A stretch of 64,000 nt of DNA from an uncultured Candidatus Saccharibacteria bacterium (GCA_964440955.1 CAYTTP010000001.1:14388-78387), one strand, 5' to 3'. Positions 38,854 through 48,865 are shown, counted from the first letter of the stretch. Notes: generated by a model not told the origin, from the letters alone. A program made the numbers and translations.

Positions 38854-39471
38854 ATGAAAAAAATATTACTATCCGTTGCCGCACTTTCGTTTGCGGTTAT
38901 ACCTACTATAAGCTTTGCCCAAGAAGCTGAGGTTGAAGCACGAGTCGAAGCAAAAACCAATATCAAAGCAAATATTGGTCAAAAGCGTGATGATATAAAA
39001 AGCGCGATCCAAGAAAAGAAGGAGGAATTAAAAACAAATATGCAGGAAAGGCGTGATGAAGCGCGTAGCAAAATCGAAGACAGGATCAAACAATTTGTAA
39101 GCAATGTTAAGGAGAGATTTGGTGCAGCAATAGAAAGACTCAATACTCTCTCTGCCCGTATTGATTCCCGAATCGAAAAGCTCGAACAGGAAGGCAAACA
39201 AGACGTAAGCGAAGCTAAAACCCTTTCAGCGACAGCTAAAGTCAAAATCACTACCGCAAGCGAGAGTGTTGCTAAAATAACAGTGAATGTTTCTTCTGAT
39301 TCAAACGCTACTACTACCGAAGCCATTAAATCGGCTTTCGAAATAACTCGCAAATCAATTGAACAAGCTAAAAAGGATATAAAATCGGCTCACGAAGCAC
39401 TTATTGACGTTGTTGAATCATTGAAAGCAAGCGCCGAAGCAAATGTTGAAGTAAAAGCAGAAACAAATTAA
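38854..39471 (+). CDS. secreted coiled-coil protein (signal peptide; apolipoprotein-like repeats)
   Basis: N-terminal MKKILLSVAALSFAVIPTISFAQE signal peptide followed by amphipathic helical repeats. Confidence 0.5.
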   Translation: MKKILLSVAALSFAVIPTISFAQEAEVEARVEAKTNIKANIGQKRDDIKSAIQEKKEELKTNMQERRDEARSKIEDRIKQFVSNVKERFGAAIERLNTLSARIDSRIEKLEQEGKQDVSEAKTLSATAKVKITTASESVAKITVNVSSDSNATTTEAIKSAFEITRKSIEQAKKDIKSAHEALIDVVESLKASAEANVEVKAETN

Positions 39472-39490
39472 AAAATTATAAAATAACCAC

Positions 39491-39799
39491 ATGGATAACA
39501 TGAATCCAAACCAAATGCCTCCGATGGGTATGATACCGGAGCAAAAATCAGGCAAGGGCCCTCTTATTGCCGTCATTATCATCCTCATACTGATCGTAAT
39601 CGGTAGCCTATACTTCTTGAAACAAAGAAACTCCCAAATGAAATATACTCCGCAAATACAGAGTGAGAGCGATGAGGTAACCGCCTCCCTCAAAGCTCAG
39701 AGTTCTTCAGATGAATTAGATTCGATCGAGGCCGACCTCAAATCTTCGAACTACGACAACCTAGACCAAGGCGCCGCCGCCCTACAAGCTGAGTTATAA
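39491..39799 (+). CDS. small membrane-anchored protein
   Basis: 102 aa with a Pro/Met-rich N-terminus, one TM helix and an acidic tail. Confidence 0.45.
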   Translation: MDNMNPNQMPPMGMIPEQKSGKGPLIAVIIILILIVIGSLYFLKQRNSQMKYTPQIQSESDEVTASLKAQSSSDELDSIEADLKSSNYDNLDQGAAALQAEL

Positions 39800-39806
39800 T
39801 TTTTTC

Positions 39807-39829
39807 AAAAACCGCCTGAAGCGGTTTTT
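39807..39829 (+). terminator. hairpin terminator
   Basis: aaaaaccgc ctgaa gcggttttt. Confidence 0.6.
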
Positions 39830-39867
39830 GTTTACAACAAAGCTTTTTCGATGTAGACTCATTTTCT

Positions 39868-41031
39868 ATGAAATACAACATAACGGTCAAAAAACTACCC
39901 CAATCGGAAGTAGAGATTTCCTGCTCACTTGAAGCAAGTCTACTAGAAGCTGCTCACAAAAAAGCCTTTGAGATGATAGGTCTTTCCCTCGATGTGCCAG
40001 GTTTTCGCAAAGGTCACATTCCTCAAAACATCATTCTCGAAAAAGTTGGTGAGCGATTTATCCTCGAAGAAGCAGCTGATATTTTGCTCAAAGAGCATTT
40101 CCCTAAAATCGTGCTTGAGGAGAAGCTTGACCTCATCGGCCGCCCACAAATCGCAATCAAAAAACTTGCTTTGGGTAATCCATTCGAGTTTAGTGCGACA
40201 ATTGCGGTGATGCCTGAAGTGAAGTTGCCTGATTATAAAAAACTAGCTTCTGCCGTTATGAATGAAGCCACCTCCGCAAAAATAGAAACCACGGCGACCG
40301 AGGGAGAAGTGGACGAGGTGCTTTTACAAATAAGAAAAAACAAAGCACATTTTGATTGGCATAAGATGCAAAAAGAAAAGCCCCTCCCCAACCCTCCCCA
40401 AAAGGGAGGGAGCCAAAATGAAGGACACGAGGCACATGCTCATATTGATTTTAACGACGAAAAAAATCTACCAGTCTTGGACGACGAGTTTGCCAAAGCT
40501 GCCGGCAATTTCAAAAATCTTGCTGAACTAAAAGAAAAAGTAAAAGAAAATTTGGAAAAAGAGAAAGAGTTGAAAAATATCGAAAAGCGACGAGCCAAAA
40601 TATTGGACCAATTGGTCGAGGCAACCAAAATAGATGTACCAAAGATTTTGGTAGAGAGTGAAATAGATAAGTCGCTCGCCCAAATGAAAGACAGCGTCAC
40701 TCAAATGGGCCTCACTTGGGAAGCTTATCTTTCAAACTCAATCAAAGATGAGCAAAAAAACAAGGACAGCAAGGAAGTGATAGCCGAAGCTGAAGCCAAA
40801 TTGCGCGAAGATCTAAAAGAAAGTGCTCTCAAAAAAGCCAAGACCCAACTCATCTTCAATGAGATCGCCACCAAAGAAAATATAAAAATTGACGAAACCG
40901 TCCTCCAAAACGAAGTCCAAACCCTTCTCACTCACTACCCTGATGCTAAGGAAGAATCGGCTCGTATTTACGTCTCCACCATCCTCATGAATTCCGAAGT
41001 CTTAAAACTACTCGAAAAAGCCTCTGACTAA
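39868..41031 (+). CDS. tig: trigger factor (short form, apparently without a PPIase domain), with a GC-rich repeat inserted in frame
   Basis: N-terminal ribosome-binding region (…VPGFRKGHIPQNIILEK…) and a C-terminal TF domain. The segment 40381-40414 cccctccccaaccctccccaaaagggagggagcc encodes KPLPNPPQKGGS within the ORF. Confidence 0.75.
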   Translation: MKYNITVKKLPQSEVEISCSLEASLLEAAHKKAFEMIGLSLDVPGFRKGHIPQNIILEKVGERFILEEAADILLKEHFPKIVLEEKLDLIGRPQIAIKKLALGNPFEFSATIAVMPEVKLPDYKKLASAVMNEATSAKIETTATEGEVDEVLLQIRKNKAHFDWHKMQKEKPLPNPPQKGGSQNEGHEAHAHIDFNDEKNLPVLDDEFAKAAGNFKNLAELKEKVKENLEKEKELKNIEKRRAKILDQLVEATKIDVPKILVESEIDKSLAQMKDSVTQMGLTWEAYLSNSIKDEQKNKDSKEVIAEAEAKLREDLKESALKKAKTQLIFNEIATKENIKIDETVLQNEVQTLLTHYPDAKEESARIYVSTILMNSEVLKLLEKASD

Positions 41032-41144
41032 TCATCATCTCGCCTAAATATCATTATTTTAAAGAATATTTTGCGATCTTCCTTGTTTTTTGATTGACAA
41101 ATAACATATAATCATGATATAATTGATTTTAGAAAGAAGGTCCC

Positions 41145-41375
41145 ATGAATATCAAAGAGATAGAAAAGTTGTTAGGTCGTATCCAACACAGAAACCCGCT
41201 CCCATGGAAAGCAGAGAGGCGCGGTGATTACGTTTTCGTAGCCTCGCCCAGAGAAGGACGGGAACCTGTGATTGTTGCTCACATCCCCGGCCCAAATCAA
41301 GAAGAAAACCTCGCGGTTGCAAGATTGATTGCAGAAGCAGTCAATTCGCTGTCTCAACAACCGATCTCAGGGTAA
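41145..41375 (+). CDS. hypothetical small protein (GC-rich)
   Basis: 76 aa ORF with a GAAGG SD. Confidence 0.3.
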   Translation: MNIKEIEKLLGRIQHRNPLPWKAERRGDYVFVASPREGREPVIVAHIPGPNQEENLAVARLIAEAVNSLSQQPISG

Positions 41376-41397
41376 GGTCGTCTGATCTTCCCACACA

Positions 41398-41440
41398 CAA
41401 AAGGTCACTGAATGATGATATCGAACAGTGACCTTTTTTG
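41398..41440. terminator. bidirectional hairpin terminator
   Basis: aaaaggtcactg-N16-cagtgacctttttt (12-bp stem). Confidence 0.55.
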
Positions 41441-41450
41441 CACAAAAAAA

Positions 41451-41696
41451 CTACTTCTTCGAATCAAGGTGACGAAACATTGCCTTCGTATCTTTGAAAG
41501 GCCCGATAGTTTTTTTTGATTTTACCTCTAAAAGACCGTTAGCGATTTCCCTATCAAGAATAGTTTTTGGTTCAAGTTTGATACCACCCGGCACCACCTT
41601 CACTTCCAAAAAGTCTCCTATTTCTACCTTAGCCCCCTTCCTTATTATTTCAGGGATAACAATTTGGTATTTATTTTTTACTTTTACTAGTTCCAT
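41451..41696 (-). CDS. AbrB/SpoVT-type DNA-binding small protein (antitoxin-like)
   Basis: 81 aa. The N-terminal KYQIVIPEIIRKGAKVEIGDFLEV resembles a swapped-hairpin AbrB/MazE fold. Confidence 0.45.
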   Translation of the reverse strand: MELVKVKNKYQIVIPEIIRKGAKVEIGDFLEVKVVPGGIKLEPKTILDREIANGLLEVKSKKTIGPFKDTKAMFRHLDSKK

Positions 41697-41783
41697 AACT
41701 CCATAGTATCACTCTCTATTCCATAGTTCAACTATCCAACTATTCAACTAATATCAATACAAATGAATAGTTTGTGAGGTTTA

Positions 41784-42515
41784 TTAGATAACTAATTTAG
41801 CCAAAGCGGCAATTGCGGCGGTTTCGGCACGAAGAGTTAGGGGTCCGAGAGAGTGAATTTGAGCACCGTGAGCTTTGGCTAGCTCGACTTCCTTTTCACT
41901 CCAACCCCCTTCAGGACCGATGAATAGGACTGAATTATGAAGCTTGAATTTCGAATCATGAAATATATTTTCACCCTCTCCTAGATCTAGGAGAGGGTCA
42001 GGCGTAGCGAGGGGTGAGGTTGTATGGAAAATAAATGCCCCCTTCCCATAATTCATAATACACTCTTCATAATCAACCGACTCCCCCACCTCCGGCACAT
42101 CGCCCCTACCACACTGCTCGGAGGCTTCAATCGCTATTTTTCGCAAACGTTCCATATTTATATTTTTCTTCTCGCTTCTCTCCGAGATCGTAGGCACGAT
42201 CTTTGACACCCCTAGCTCGGTCGCTTTTTCAACTACCCATTCCATCTTGTCTTTTTTAACAATCGCCTGAAAAAGTGTGATTTTATTTTTTGGTATTATA
42301 CTCCCCCTCTTTTCCAAAACCTCTACTTCCGCCTCTCTATTGTTCAAAACATTGATGGTACAAACATATTCAAAACCACTACCATCAAAAAGCACGACTT
42401 GATTGCCAACATTATAACGAAAAACATTGCGCCATTGATGGACGATAACCTCATCATCAATTTTGACTCGTTTACCTTTTAATTCTGTATTTAAATAAAA
42501 CCTATGCAAACGCAT
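41784..42515 (-). CDS. rsmE: 16S rRNA (uracil1498-N3)-methyltransferase RsmE, with an in-frame GC-rich repeat insertion
   Basis: RsmE N-terminal PUA-like and C-terminal SPOUT motifs (…FIGPEGGWSEKE…). The repeat 41973-42019 is translated in frame as TSPLATPDPLLDLGEGE. Confidence 0.7.
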   Translation of the reverse strand: MRLHRFYLNTELKGKRVKIDDEVIVHQWRNVFRYNVGNQVVLFDGSGFEYVCTINVLNNREAEVEVLEKRGSIIPKNKITLFQAIVKKDKMEWVVEKATELGVSKIVPTISERSEKKNINMERLRKIAIEASEQCGRGDVPEVGESVDYEECIMNYGKGAFIFHTTSPLATPDPLLDLGEGENIFHDSKFKLHNSVLFIGPEGGWSEKEVELAKAHGAQIHSLGPLTLRAETAAIAALAKLVI

Positions 42516-42538
42516 AATTTTATGCTATCATTTTTCGC

Positions 42539-43132
42539 ATGAAAAACAAAGAATACAATTCAATACTTGTCCCAACCGTTATCGAAAAAACCCATCAAGG
42601 CGAACGAGCTTATGACATCTATTCCCGTCTTTTAAAAGATCGGATCATTTTTTTGGGTGGCCAAATTGAAGACACAATGGCAAACCTTATCATTGCCCAA
42701 CTACTTTTCCTTCAAGCGGAAGATTCCAAAAAAGACATTCACATGTACATAAACTCTCCCGGCGGCTCGGTCACTTCCACTCTTGCCATTATTGACACGA
42801 TGAAATTCATCAAGCCCGAAATTGCCACTTATTGTGTCGGTATTGCGGCCTCTGGCGCCGCCATGGTGCTCTCGGCTGGCACCAAAGGGAAAAGATTTAT
42901 TTTGAAAAATGCGGAAGTGATGATCCACCAGCCATTAGGTGGTGCTGAGGGTCAAGCAACTGATATTGCTATAACTGCAAAGCATATCCTTAAAACAAAA
43001 GACAATTTGAACAAAATGCTCTCTGAACACACAGGCCAACCTCTTTCAAAAATTGAAAACGATGTCGAGCGCGACTTCTTCATGTCAGCTGACGAAGCCA
43101 AAAAATACGGCATCGTCGATAAAATACTCTAA
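42539..43132 (+). CDS. clpP: ATP-dependent Clp protease proteolytic subunit
   Basis: 197 aa with a Ser (GIAASGAAM), His (MIHQPLGG) and Asp catalytic triad context. Confidence 0.9.
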   Translation: MKNKEYNSILVPTVIEKTHQGERAYDIYSRLLKDRIIFLGGQIEDTMANLIIAQLLFLQAEDSKKDIHMYINSPGGSVTSTLAIIDTMKFIKPEIATYCVGIAASGAAMVLSAGTKGKRFILKNAEVMIHQPLGGAEGQATDIAITAKHILKTKDNLNKMLSEHTGQPLSKIENDVERDFFMSADEAKKYGIVDKIL

Positions 43133-43211
43133 AATCTTCGGGCTGGAAAAAGTTTGCAAAATATTGTAAACTCTAGGTGTTAACCATAAATCAACAAATT
43201 GAAAACTTATC

Positions 43212-44741
43212 ATGTCATTAAAATTAACGATGTTCCTTGCGGGGTTTGCCTCGCTTATAGGAATAGGTTTTGGATATTTCCTTAGGTGGATCATATCCCT
43301 AGGGCAAAAAGGTTCGGTTGAGCTCCGCATCAAGCAGATGGAGCTCCACGCCAGAGAAGAAGCTAAACGAATAGTCGAAGAAGCAGAGTCGAAAGCCGAA
43401 CAAACAATCAAAGAGTCACGAATAGAATTTAAAGAGCGCGAAGAAAAAGTAAAAAAAACCGAGGATAGATTGATCAAAAAAGAAGAATTTCTAGACAAAC
43501 GCCAGCTCGATATTGACAAAGAAGTCGAACACATCAAAGAAAAAGTAGCAGAGGTCAAAAATCTTCGGGAAAAAGCCGAAGCGATTGAAAAGCAAAAATA
43601 TGAAGAGCTTCAAAAAGTTGCTAAGCTTGGCGAGAGTGAGGCTCGTGAAATCCTAATCAAAGAAATCGAAAGAAAATCGGAAGAGGATATTTTGGTGCGC
43701 CTTCAAAAACTAGAGAGCCAAGGTTTGGAAAAGATCGAAGCAAGAGCAAAAGAAATACTTGCTATCTCAATCCAACGTTTTGCAAACTCGGTATCGTCGG
43801 AGATATTTTCGACCAGTGTCCCAATTGCTTCTGACGAAATCAAGGGTAAGATAATCGGCAAAGAAGGACGCAACATCAAAGCTTTTGAACGCGCTTCGGG
43901 AGTTGAAGTTATTGTTGATGATACACCAGGAGTCATCACCCTTTCTTCGCATGACCCAGTACGTCGCCAAATCGCCCGCCTCGCTCTTGAAAACCTAATC
44001 CAGGACGGACGCATCCAGCCGGCTAAAATCGAAGAAATGATAGACAAAGCCAAGCAGGAAATAAACAAGATAATGAAAGAAAAGGGCGAACAGGCGGTTT
44101 ATGAATGTGGTGTATTCAATCTTGACCCACGCATCGTCGCCATTTTAGGCCGTTTACATTTCCGTACTTCCTACGGCCAAAATGTTTTGCAACATTCAAT
44201 CGAAATGTCTCATGTCGCTGGTATGATAGCCTCCGAACTTGGAGCAAATGTAGCGATAGCTAAGGCAGGTGCCCTCCTACACGACATTGGTAAAGCAGTC
44301 GATCATGAAATAGCTGGTACCCATGTAGAAATTGGTCGCCGTATTCTCCAAAAATTTGGCGCCGACGAACGCATCATCCGAGCGATGGAGTCTCACCACA
44401 ACGAGTACCCGTATTCAACTCTCGAATCTTACATCGTCCAATCGGCTGACGCTATTTCCGGAGCTCGCCCAGGCGCAAGGAAGGATAGCGTCGAAAACTA
44501 TTTGAAGCGCCTAGGTGAACTTGAATCCATCGCTCTAAACCAAAAAGGAGTTGAAAAAGCCTATGCCCTGCAAGCTGGCCGAGAAATACGAGTTTTCGTC
44601 ACTCCTTCCGAAGTGACTGATGTCGAAGCTAAGTCCCTCGCTCGCAATATCGCTATCCAAATCGAAAACGAACTCAAATATCCAGGTGAAATTAGAGTGG
44701 TGGTGATAAGAGAATCCCGAACTATCGAATTTGCTAGGTAA
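43212..44741 (+). CDS. rny: ribonuclease Y
   Basis: N-terminal TM helix, a coiled coil, a KH domain (IIGKEGRNIKAFE) and an HD domain (LLHDIGK). Confidence 0.85.
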   Translation: MSLKLTMFLAGFASLIGIGFGYFLRWIISLGQKGSVELRIKQMELHAREEAKRIVEEAESKAEQTIKESRIEFKEREEKVKKTEDRLIKKEEFLDKRQLDIDKEVEHIKEKVAEVKNLREKAEAIEKQKYEELQKVAKLGESEAREILIKEIERKSEEDILVRLQKLESQGLEKIEARAKEILAISIQRFANSVSSEIFSTSVPIASDEIKGKIIGKEGRNIKAFERASGVEVIVDDTPGVITLSSHDPVRRQIARLALENLIQDGRIQPAKIEEMIDKAKQEINKIMKEKGEQAVYECGVFNLDPRIVAILGRLHFRTSYGQNVLQHSIEMSHVAGMIASELGANVAIAKAGALLHDIGKAVDHEIAGTHVEIGRRILQKFGADERIIRAMESHHNEYPYSTLESYIVQSADAISGARPGARKDSVENYLKRLGELESIALNQKGVEKAYALQAGREIRVFVTPSEVTDVEAKSLARNIAIQIENELKYPGEIRVVVIRESRTIEFAR

Positions 44742-46137
44742 GCTGATATTTTTTCCCCTCCTCTGGAAATATAGCTTCCACACCCACATAGTCTCGGATA
44801 CGCTGACATAGAAAAAGTGAAGATTTTGGTTCGCCCATAATAACAAAAACTTTTTTGAGTCCTGTCTGACTCCCCTCTCCTGCGTCTAGGAAAGGGGTCG
44901 GGGGTGAGGTCTTCACACTCTCGACAAACTCCACCAAGTGCTCAGAGTCCATGTGCGAAGAATACCCGTCCACTTTGGCGACCGTCGCCTCAACCTTTAT
45001 CTTTTCTCCGTCTATTTTTACCTCCTTCGCCCCATCTTCGAGCCTACGCCCCAGAGTACCAACCGATTGATAACCCACCATGATCAGGGTATTTTTTGCA
45101 TCTCCCAAAATACGTTCCTCGTGACTCCTTATCCTCCCACCTTCCGACATACCCGAACCGGCGAGGATGATTTTTGGATCTGGAGTATTTTCGATAAGCG
45201 CCGACTCTCTCGCTCCATGAGTCATTATAAGTTTTGGAAATTTAAAAATATCATCACCCGACTCGATTTCGTCCCTCACTTCTTTTTTGAAATCATGTGC
45301 ATATTTTTTATAAATACCGGTCACCCGAAGTGCAAGCGGTGAATCCAAAAAAACCGGCACCTCTGGTAGTTCCCCTGACTCGATCATTTTGTTAAGTTCG
45401 TACAAAATGACTTGCGTCCGCTCAATCGAAAAAGCGGGAATCACAATCGTCCCCTGTTTCTTGATGCCAGCCAAAATCAAATCTCTCAGTCTTTCCTTTC
45501 TTTGGTCTCGATTTTCGTGGTTTCGATCACCATAGACGCTCTCCATTACCATATAATGAGCCCCTTTGGGTATTTCTACATCCGGCAAAAGAGGCGATGG
45601 CGAGTTACCCAAATCACCAGTAAAGGCAATCGTCCTTGCCTCTTTGCCGCTATCGCAAGTAACAAGGCAGATAGCCGAACCAAGCACATGACCGGCATTT
45701 ATGCATTTTAGTTTACAATTTTTAAAAAGCTCTTTTTCCTCATCATAACCAACCCCCTCCCACAACGAAAAAGCTTGAGCAATATCAGACTTTTCATATA
45801 ACGAACCACCCCGCACAAGCATCACCTTATAAGCATCTTCAAGCATGGGTAAAGAGAGCTCTTTGGTTTCTATTGTCGAAATTATTTTGCCCCTAAAACC
45901 ATCGCTCACCAATTTTGGCACTCGCCCAATATGATCCATATGAGCATGAGTAATGATTAAAAAATCAATGGTGGTAGGATCATAAGCAAAGTCGCTTTCG
46001 TTCAATTGGTTTGCCTCCAAGTCGCCCTGGATCAAACCACAATCAACCAAAATCCTTTTATTATCCCATTCCAATAAAATATTGGCCCCAGTCGCTCGGC
46101 CAACTCCTCCAAAAAAAGTCAAAAATTTTTCGCTCAT
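44734..46137 (-). CDS. metallo-beta-lactamase fold / beta-CASP ribonuclease (RNase J-like), with an in-frame GC-rich repeat insertion near the C-terminus
   Basis: HAHMDH motif plus beta-CASP region. The repeat 44872-44909 is translated as TSPPTPFLDAGEGS. Confidence 0.7.
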   Translation of the reverse strand: MSEKFLTFFGGVGRATGANILLEWDNKRILVDCGLIQGDLEANQLNESDFAYDPTTIDFLIITHAHMDHIGRVPKLVSDGFRGKIISTIETKELSLPMLEDAYKVMLVRGGSLYEKSDIAQAFSLWEGVGYDEEKELFKNCKLKCINAGHVLGSAICLVTCDSGKEARTIAFTGDLGNSPSPLLPDVEIPKGAHYMVMESVYGDRNHENRDQRKERLRDLILAGIKKQGTIVIPAFSIERTQVILYELNKMIESGELPEVPVFLDSPLALRVTGIYKKYAHDFKKEVRDEIESGDDIFKFPKLIMTHGARESALIENTPDPKIILAGSGMSEGGRIRSHEERILGDAKNTLIMVGYQSVGTLGRRLEDGAKEVKIDGEKIKVEATVAKVDGYSSHMDSEHLVEFVESVKTSPPTPFLDAGEGSQTGLKKVFVIMGEPKSSLFLCQRIRDYVGVEAIFPEEGKKYQLT

Positions 46138-46559
46138 ATCGAAAGCTGTTTATTCCTATCTTGGTCAAGCTCTTTCATGTAGGCATACATACAGGCCACC
46201 AAGGCTCCTAAGGTATCCATGATAAGGTCGAGGACCGTATCGGGAATATATTCGCGAGTCGCGGTTGAGGTAATACCAAAAAATAATTCAAAAGCCTCCC
46301 AAAATACTCCGATTATGATAAGTGACAAAAGTGAGACTAGCAAAAAATTTAGGCCACGACGCGACGTAGGCTCAAAAATCCCCGAAAAAAAGTAAAGCCA
46401 GAGAGTGAAAAGTGCAATCCACGCACCGCCCAAAAAGTGCATGAACGAGTCAAATTCGTGGATCGTCCAATAAAAGTATAAAGTGGTAGCTAACTGATGT
46501 AGAGCTCCAATCACTATCAAAAGGCCAAACATTTCCTTAAACAGGGGTTTTTTGAACAT
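46134..46559 (-). CDS. hypothetical 4-TM membrane protein
   Basis: 141 aa hydrophobic ORF. Confidence 0.45.
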   Translation of the reverse strand: MFKKPLFKEMFGLLIVIGALHQLATTLYFYWTIHEFDSFMHFLGGAWIALFTLWLYFFSGIFEPTSRRGLNFLLVSLLSLIIIGVFWEAFELFFGITSTATREYIPDTVLDLIMDTLGALVACMYAYMKELDQDRNKQLSI

Positions 46560-46594
46560 AATAAAATCTTATCATCCAAAACCTCGTTTGCCCA

Positions 46595-46639
46595 CCGACG
46601 AAAAATCCCAAAACGTATTGCTTTGGGATTTTTCGTCGG
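46595..46639 (-). terminator. terminator at the end of the S14…ndk operon
   Basis: ccgacgaaaaatccc-N15-gggatttttcgtcgg (15-bp stem). A second small hairpin follows it. Confidence 0.6.
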
Positions 46640-46771
46640 ACCGCCCGGAATATTCCCTATTTTTTAGAATAGGTGGGTGGCCTCGATTGGGACTTTACGT
46701 CACAAAAAGTTAGCCTCCCTGAATATAAATTAAGTAGAAAATACCGAACGGTCCTAGAGTCAATTATACTC

Positions 46772-47392
46772 CTACTCCAAGAGGCCATCCATATTTACAT
46801 CATACAAAATTTGTTCTTGGATAAGTTTGTAGTTTATAAGTTCATCGTCATTAAACCAATGCTTTATTTCCATCTCTGCCTCCTTCACCGAACCAGAACC
46901 ATGAACCAAGTTTCTAACCGAGCGACCATCTTGATCAGCTAGTTCATAAGAATCAAGAACAAAATCACCCCTTATTGAACCAACATCAGACGAACGAGGC
47001 TCGGTGCCTCCAGTTATTTTGCGAGCAAGCTCAACTGCATGCAAACCCTGCCAGACCATGAGGATAACTGGACCGCTTGTCATATATTTTTTTAGTTTCT
47101 CCAAGACGATTGCGGTTATCTCATACGGATCCTCTGAAGGCGGTTTATTACCACGTTCACGTGCCATTTTTATACGCTTTTCTCCGGTCACTCTCCGCCA
47201 TTCTGGGTCAAGAGTGTAAAATTGCTCGATTTGCTCTTCAGTTGGCAAAGCCATTTTAGTAGCAACGAGTTTTAAACCCCTTCTTTCAAAACGACCTATT
47301 ATCTCACCGATTAGTGATCGTTGAATACCGTCAGGTTTTATTATTATCAAAGTTCTCTCTGTTTTTGGATGCATAAAATTTTCAATCTTCAA
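46772..47392 (-). CDS. ndk: nucleoside diphosphate kinase (long 206-aa form with insertions)
   Basis: TLIIIKPDGIQR… and NLVHGSGSVKEAEMEIKHWF match Ndk. It is the last gene of the r-protein/secY/adk/map operon. Confidence 0.75.
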   Translation of the reverse strand: MKIENFMHPKTERTLIIIKPDGIQRSLIGEIIGRFERRGLKLVATKMALPTEEQIEQFYTLDPEWRRVTGEKRIKMARERGNKPPSEDPYEITAIVLEKLKKYMTSGPVILMVWQGLHAVELARKITGGTEPRSSDVGSIRGDFVLDSYELADQDGRSVRNLVHGSGSVKEAEMEIKHWFNDDELINYKLIQEQILYDVNMDGLLE

Positions 47393-47399
47393 TTTTTAA

Positions 47400-48164
47400 T
47401 TACTTTGTCAACACTTCTATTTTCCCATCATACCCTACTGCAACCGTGTGTTCAAAATGAGCCGAGAGCGATTTGTCACGAGTAATGTAGGTGTAGCCAT
47501 CAGAGAGCTTTTTGATATCACGACTACCTAGAGTAAGCATAGGTTCGATAGCAATCACGAGCCCCGGCGAGAGCTTTGGACCCTCCCCACGCTTGGCTTT
47601 GTTTGGTACAAAAGGCTCTTCATGAACATGATAACCCACCCCATGCCCCGAGAGGCCTTCCACTATACCAAGATCGTGTTTTATCGCTGTTTGCATAACC
47701 GCATCGCCTATATCACCTATATGACCATTTAGTCTCATTGCTTTAATACCACGATCAAGGGCTTCGCGAGTAGCTTGGATTAGGGTAGATGCTTCTTTGG
47801 AAATCGAACCGACTGCAACTGTGATCGCTGCATCTGTTATCAAACCTTCATAAACAAGCCCTAAATCAAGAGTGACCACATCACCCTCAAAGAGCATGCG
47901 CTCATCAGGTATACCATGCACTATTTCTTCATTTATCGAAACACACAGAGAGGCCGGGTATGGGTATTTGGCATCACGCGGCTGATAGCCTAAAAACGCA
48001 GCTGTGCAACCAGCCTCGTCGATCAACTGCTCAGCATAAGCATTCAAATCACTTGTCCTTACACCTGGCTTAACCCTCTTCGCCACCTCTCTCAAAATGC
48101 GGGCGTGGATCGCTCCACCCTTCTTCATGGTTTCTATTTCTTCTTTAGTTTTATATTTGATCAT
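47400..48164 (-). CDS. map: methionine aminopeptidase type I
   Basis: 254 aa with pita-bread fold metal ligands (…D…D…H…E…E pattern). Confidence 0.85.
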   Translation of the reverse strand: MIKYKTKEEIETMKKGGAIHARILREVAKRVKPGVRTSDLNAYAEQLIDEAGCTAAFLGYQPRDAKYPYPASLCVSINEEIVHGIPDERMLFEGDVVTLDLGLVYEGLITDAAITVAVGSISKEASTLIQATREALDRGIKAMRLNGHIGDIGDAVMQTAIKHDLGIVEGLSGHGVGYHVHEEPFVPNKAKRGEGPKLSPGLVIAIEPMLTLGSRDIKKLSDGYTYITRDKSLSAHFEHTVAVGYDGKIEVLTK

Positions 48165-48762
48165 TTTTATCGAGTGTCATCTTCAAAATATCTTGGTGAA
48201 CTTCTTCAATTGGACGGTTGCCATCTATACTTATAAACTGATAGCGCGAATTATTTTTGAAATACTCCAGAGCCTGGACCGCATTTTCATCGTACCAATC
48301 AAGACGTCTTTCGACATCTTCTTTGGTATCATCAGCGCGCTTTCGATTTAAAAGCCTTTCGGCAGCTACTTCCCGAGGAATATCGATCAATATGACATAA
48401 GGGTTTTCCCTTCCAAAAAACTTCATAGCCGAATCAAGGATTGGTGCTTCGTGCGACCGACGAGAGAGACCATCGAGCACCATATGTTCCTCTCCCGAAA
48501 CATGCTTCACCAAATATTCTGTCCAAACCCAAATCGGCAAAAACTCAGGCAAAAGACCTCCCTCCGCCATTATTTCCCTTGTTTTTTTAGCGGTAAGTGA
48601 AGCTTCTTTGGCAAATTCACGAAACTTCTGCCCCGTCTCCAAATACAAAACATCACGCTTAGGGTCACGCTCTTTTAGCTTCTCGATGAGCATTTTGGCC
48701 TGGGTACCCTTACCACAACCCGATCGCCCAAAAAATATAAATGTTTGAAGATTTAGAGACAT
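48151..48762 (-). CDS. adk: adenylate kinase
   Basis: 203 aa with a P-loop GRSGCGKGTQ. Confidence 0.85.
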   Translation of the reverse strand: MSLNLQTFIFFGRSGCGKGTQAKMLIEKLKERDPKRDVLYLETGQKFREFAKEASLTAKKTREIMAEGGLLPEFLPIWVWTEYLVKHVSGEEHMVLDGLSRRSHEAPILDSAMKFFGRENPYVILIDIPREVAAERLLNRKRADDTKEDVERRLDWYDENAVQALEYFKNNSRYQFISIDGNRPIEEVHQDILKMTLDKNDQI

Positions 48763-48865
48763 TGAATTATGAAGTAAGGATTATAAGTTAAGCATAATAA
48801 TGAAAATGATTATGCACAAGCCCTTGCTTTTTGCATAATTCATTATTCATTATTGCTAATTCAAT

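Noticed and set aside
10096-44909. GC-rich repeats as a CRISPR array
   Set aside because: The copies are dispersed over 35 kb with irregular spacing and variable length. They are individually palindromic and some lie inside genes. No cas genes are present.
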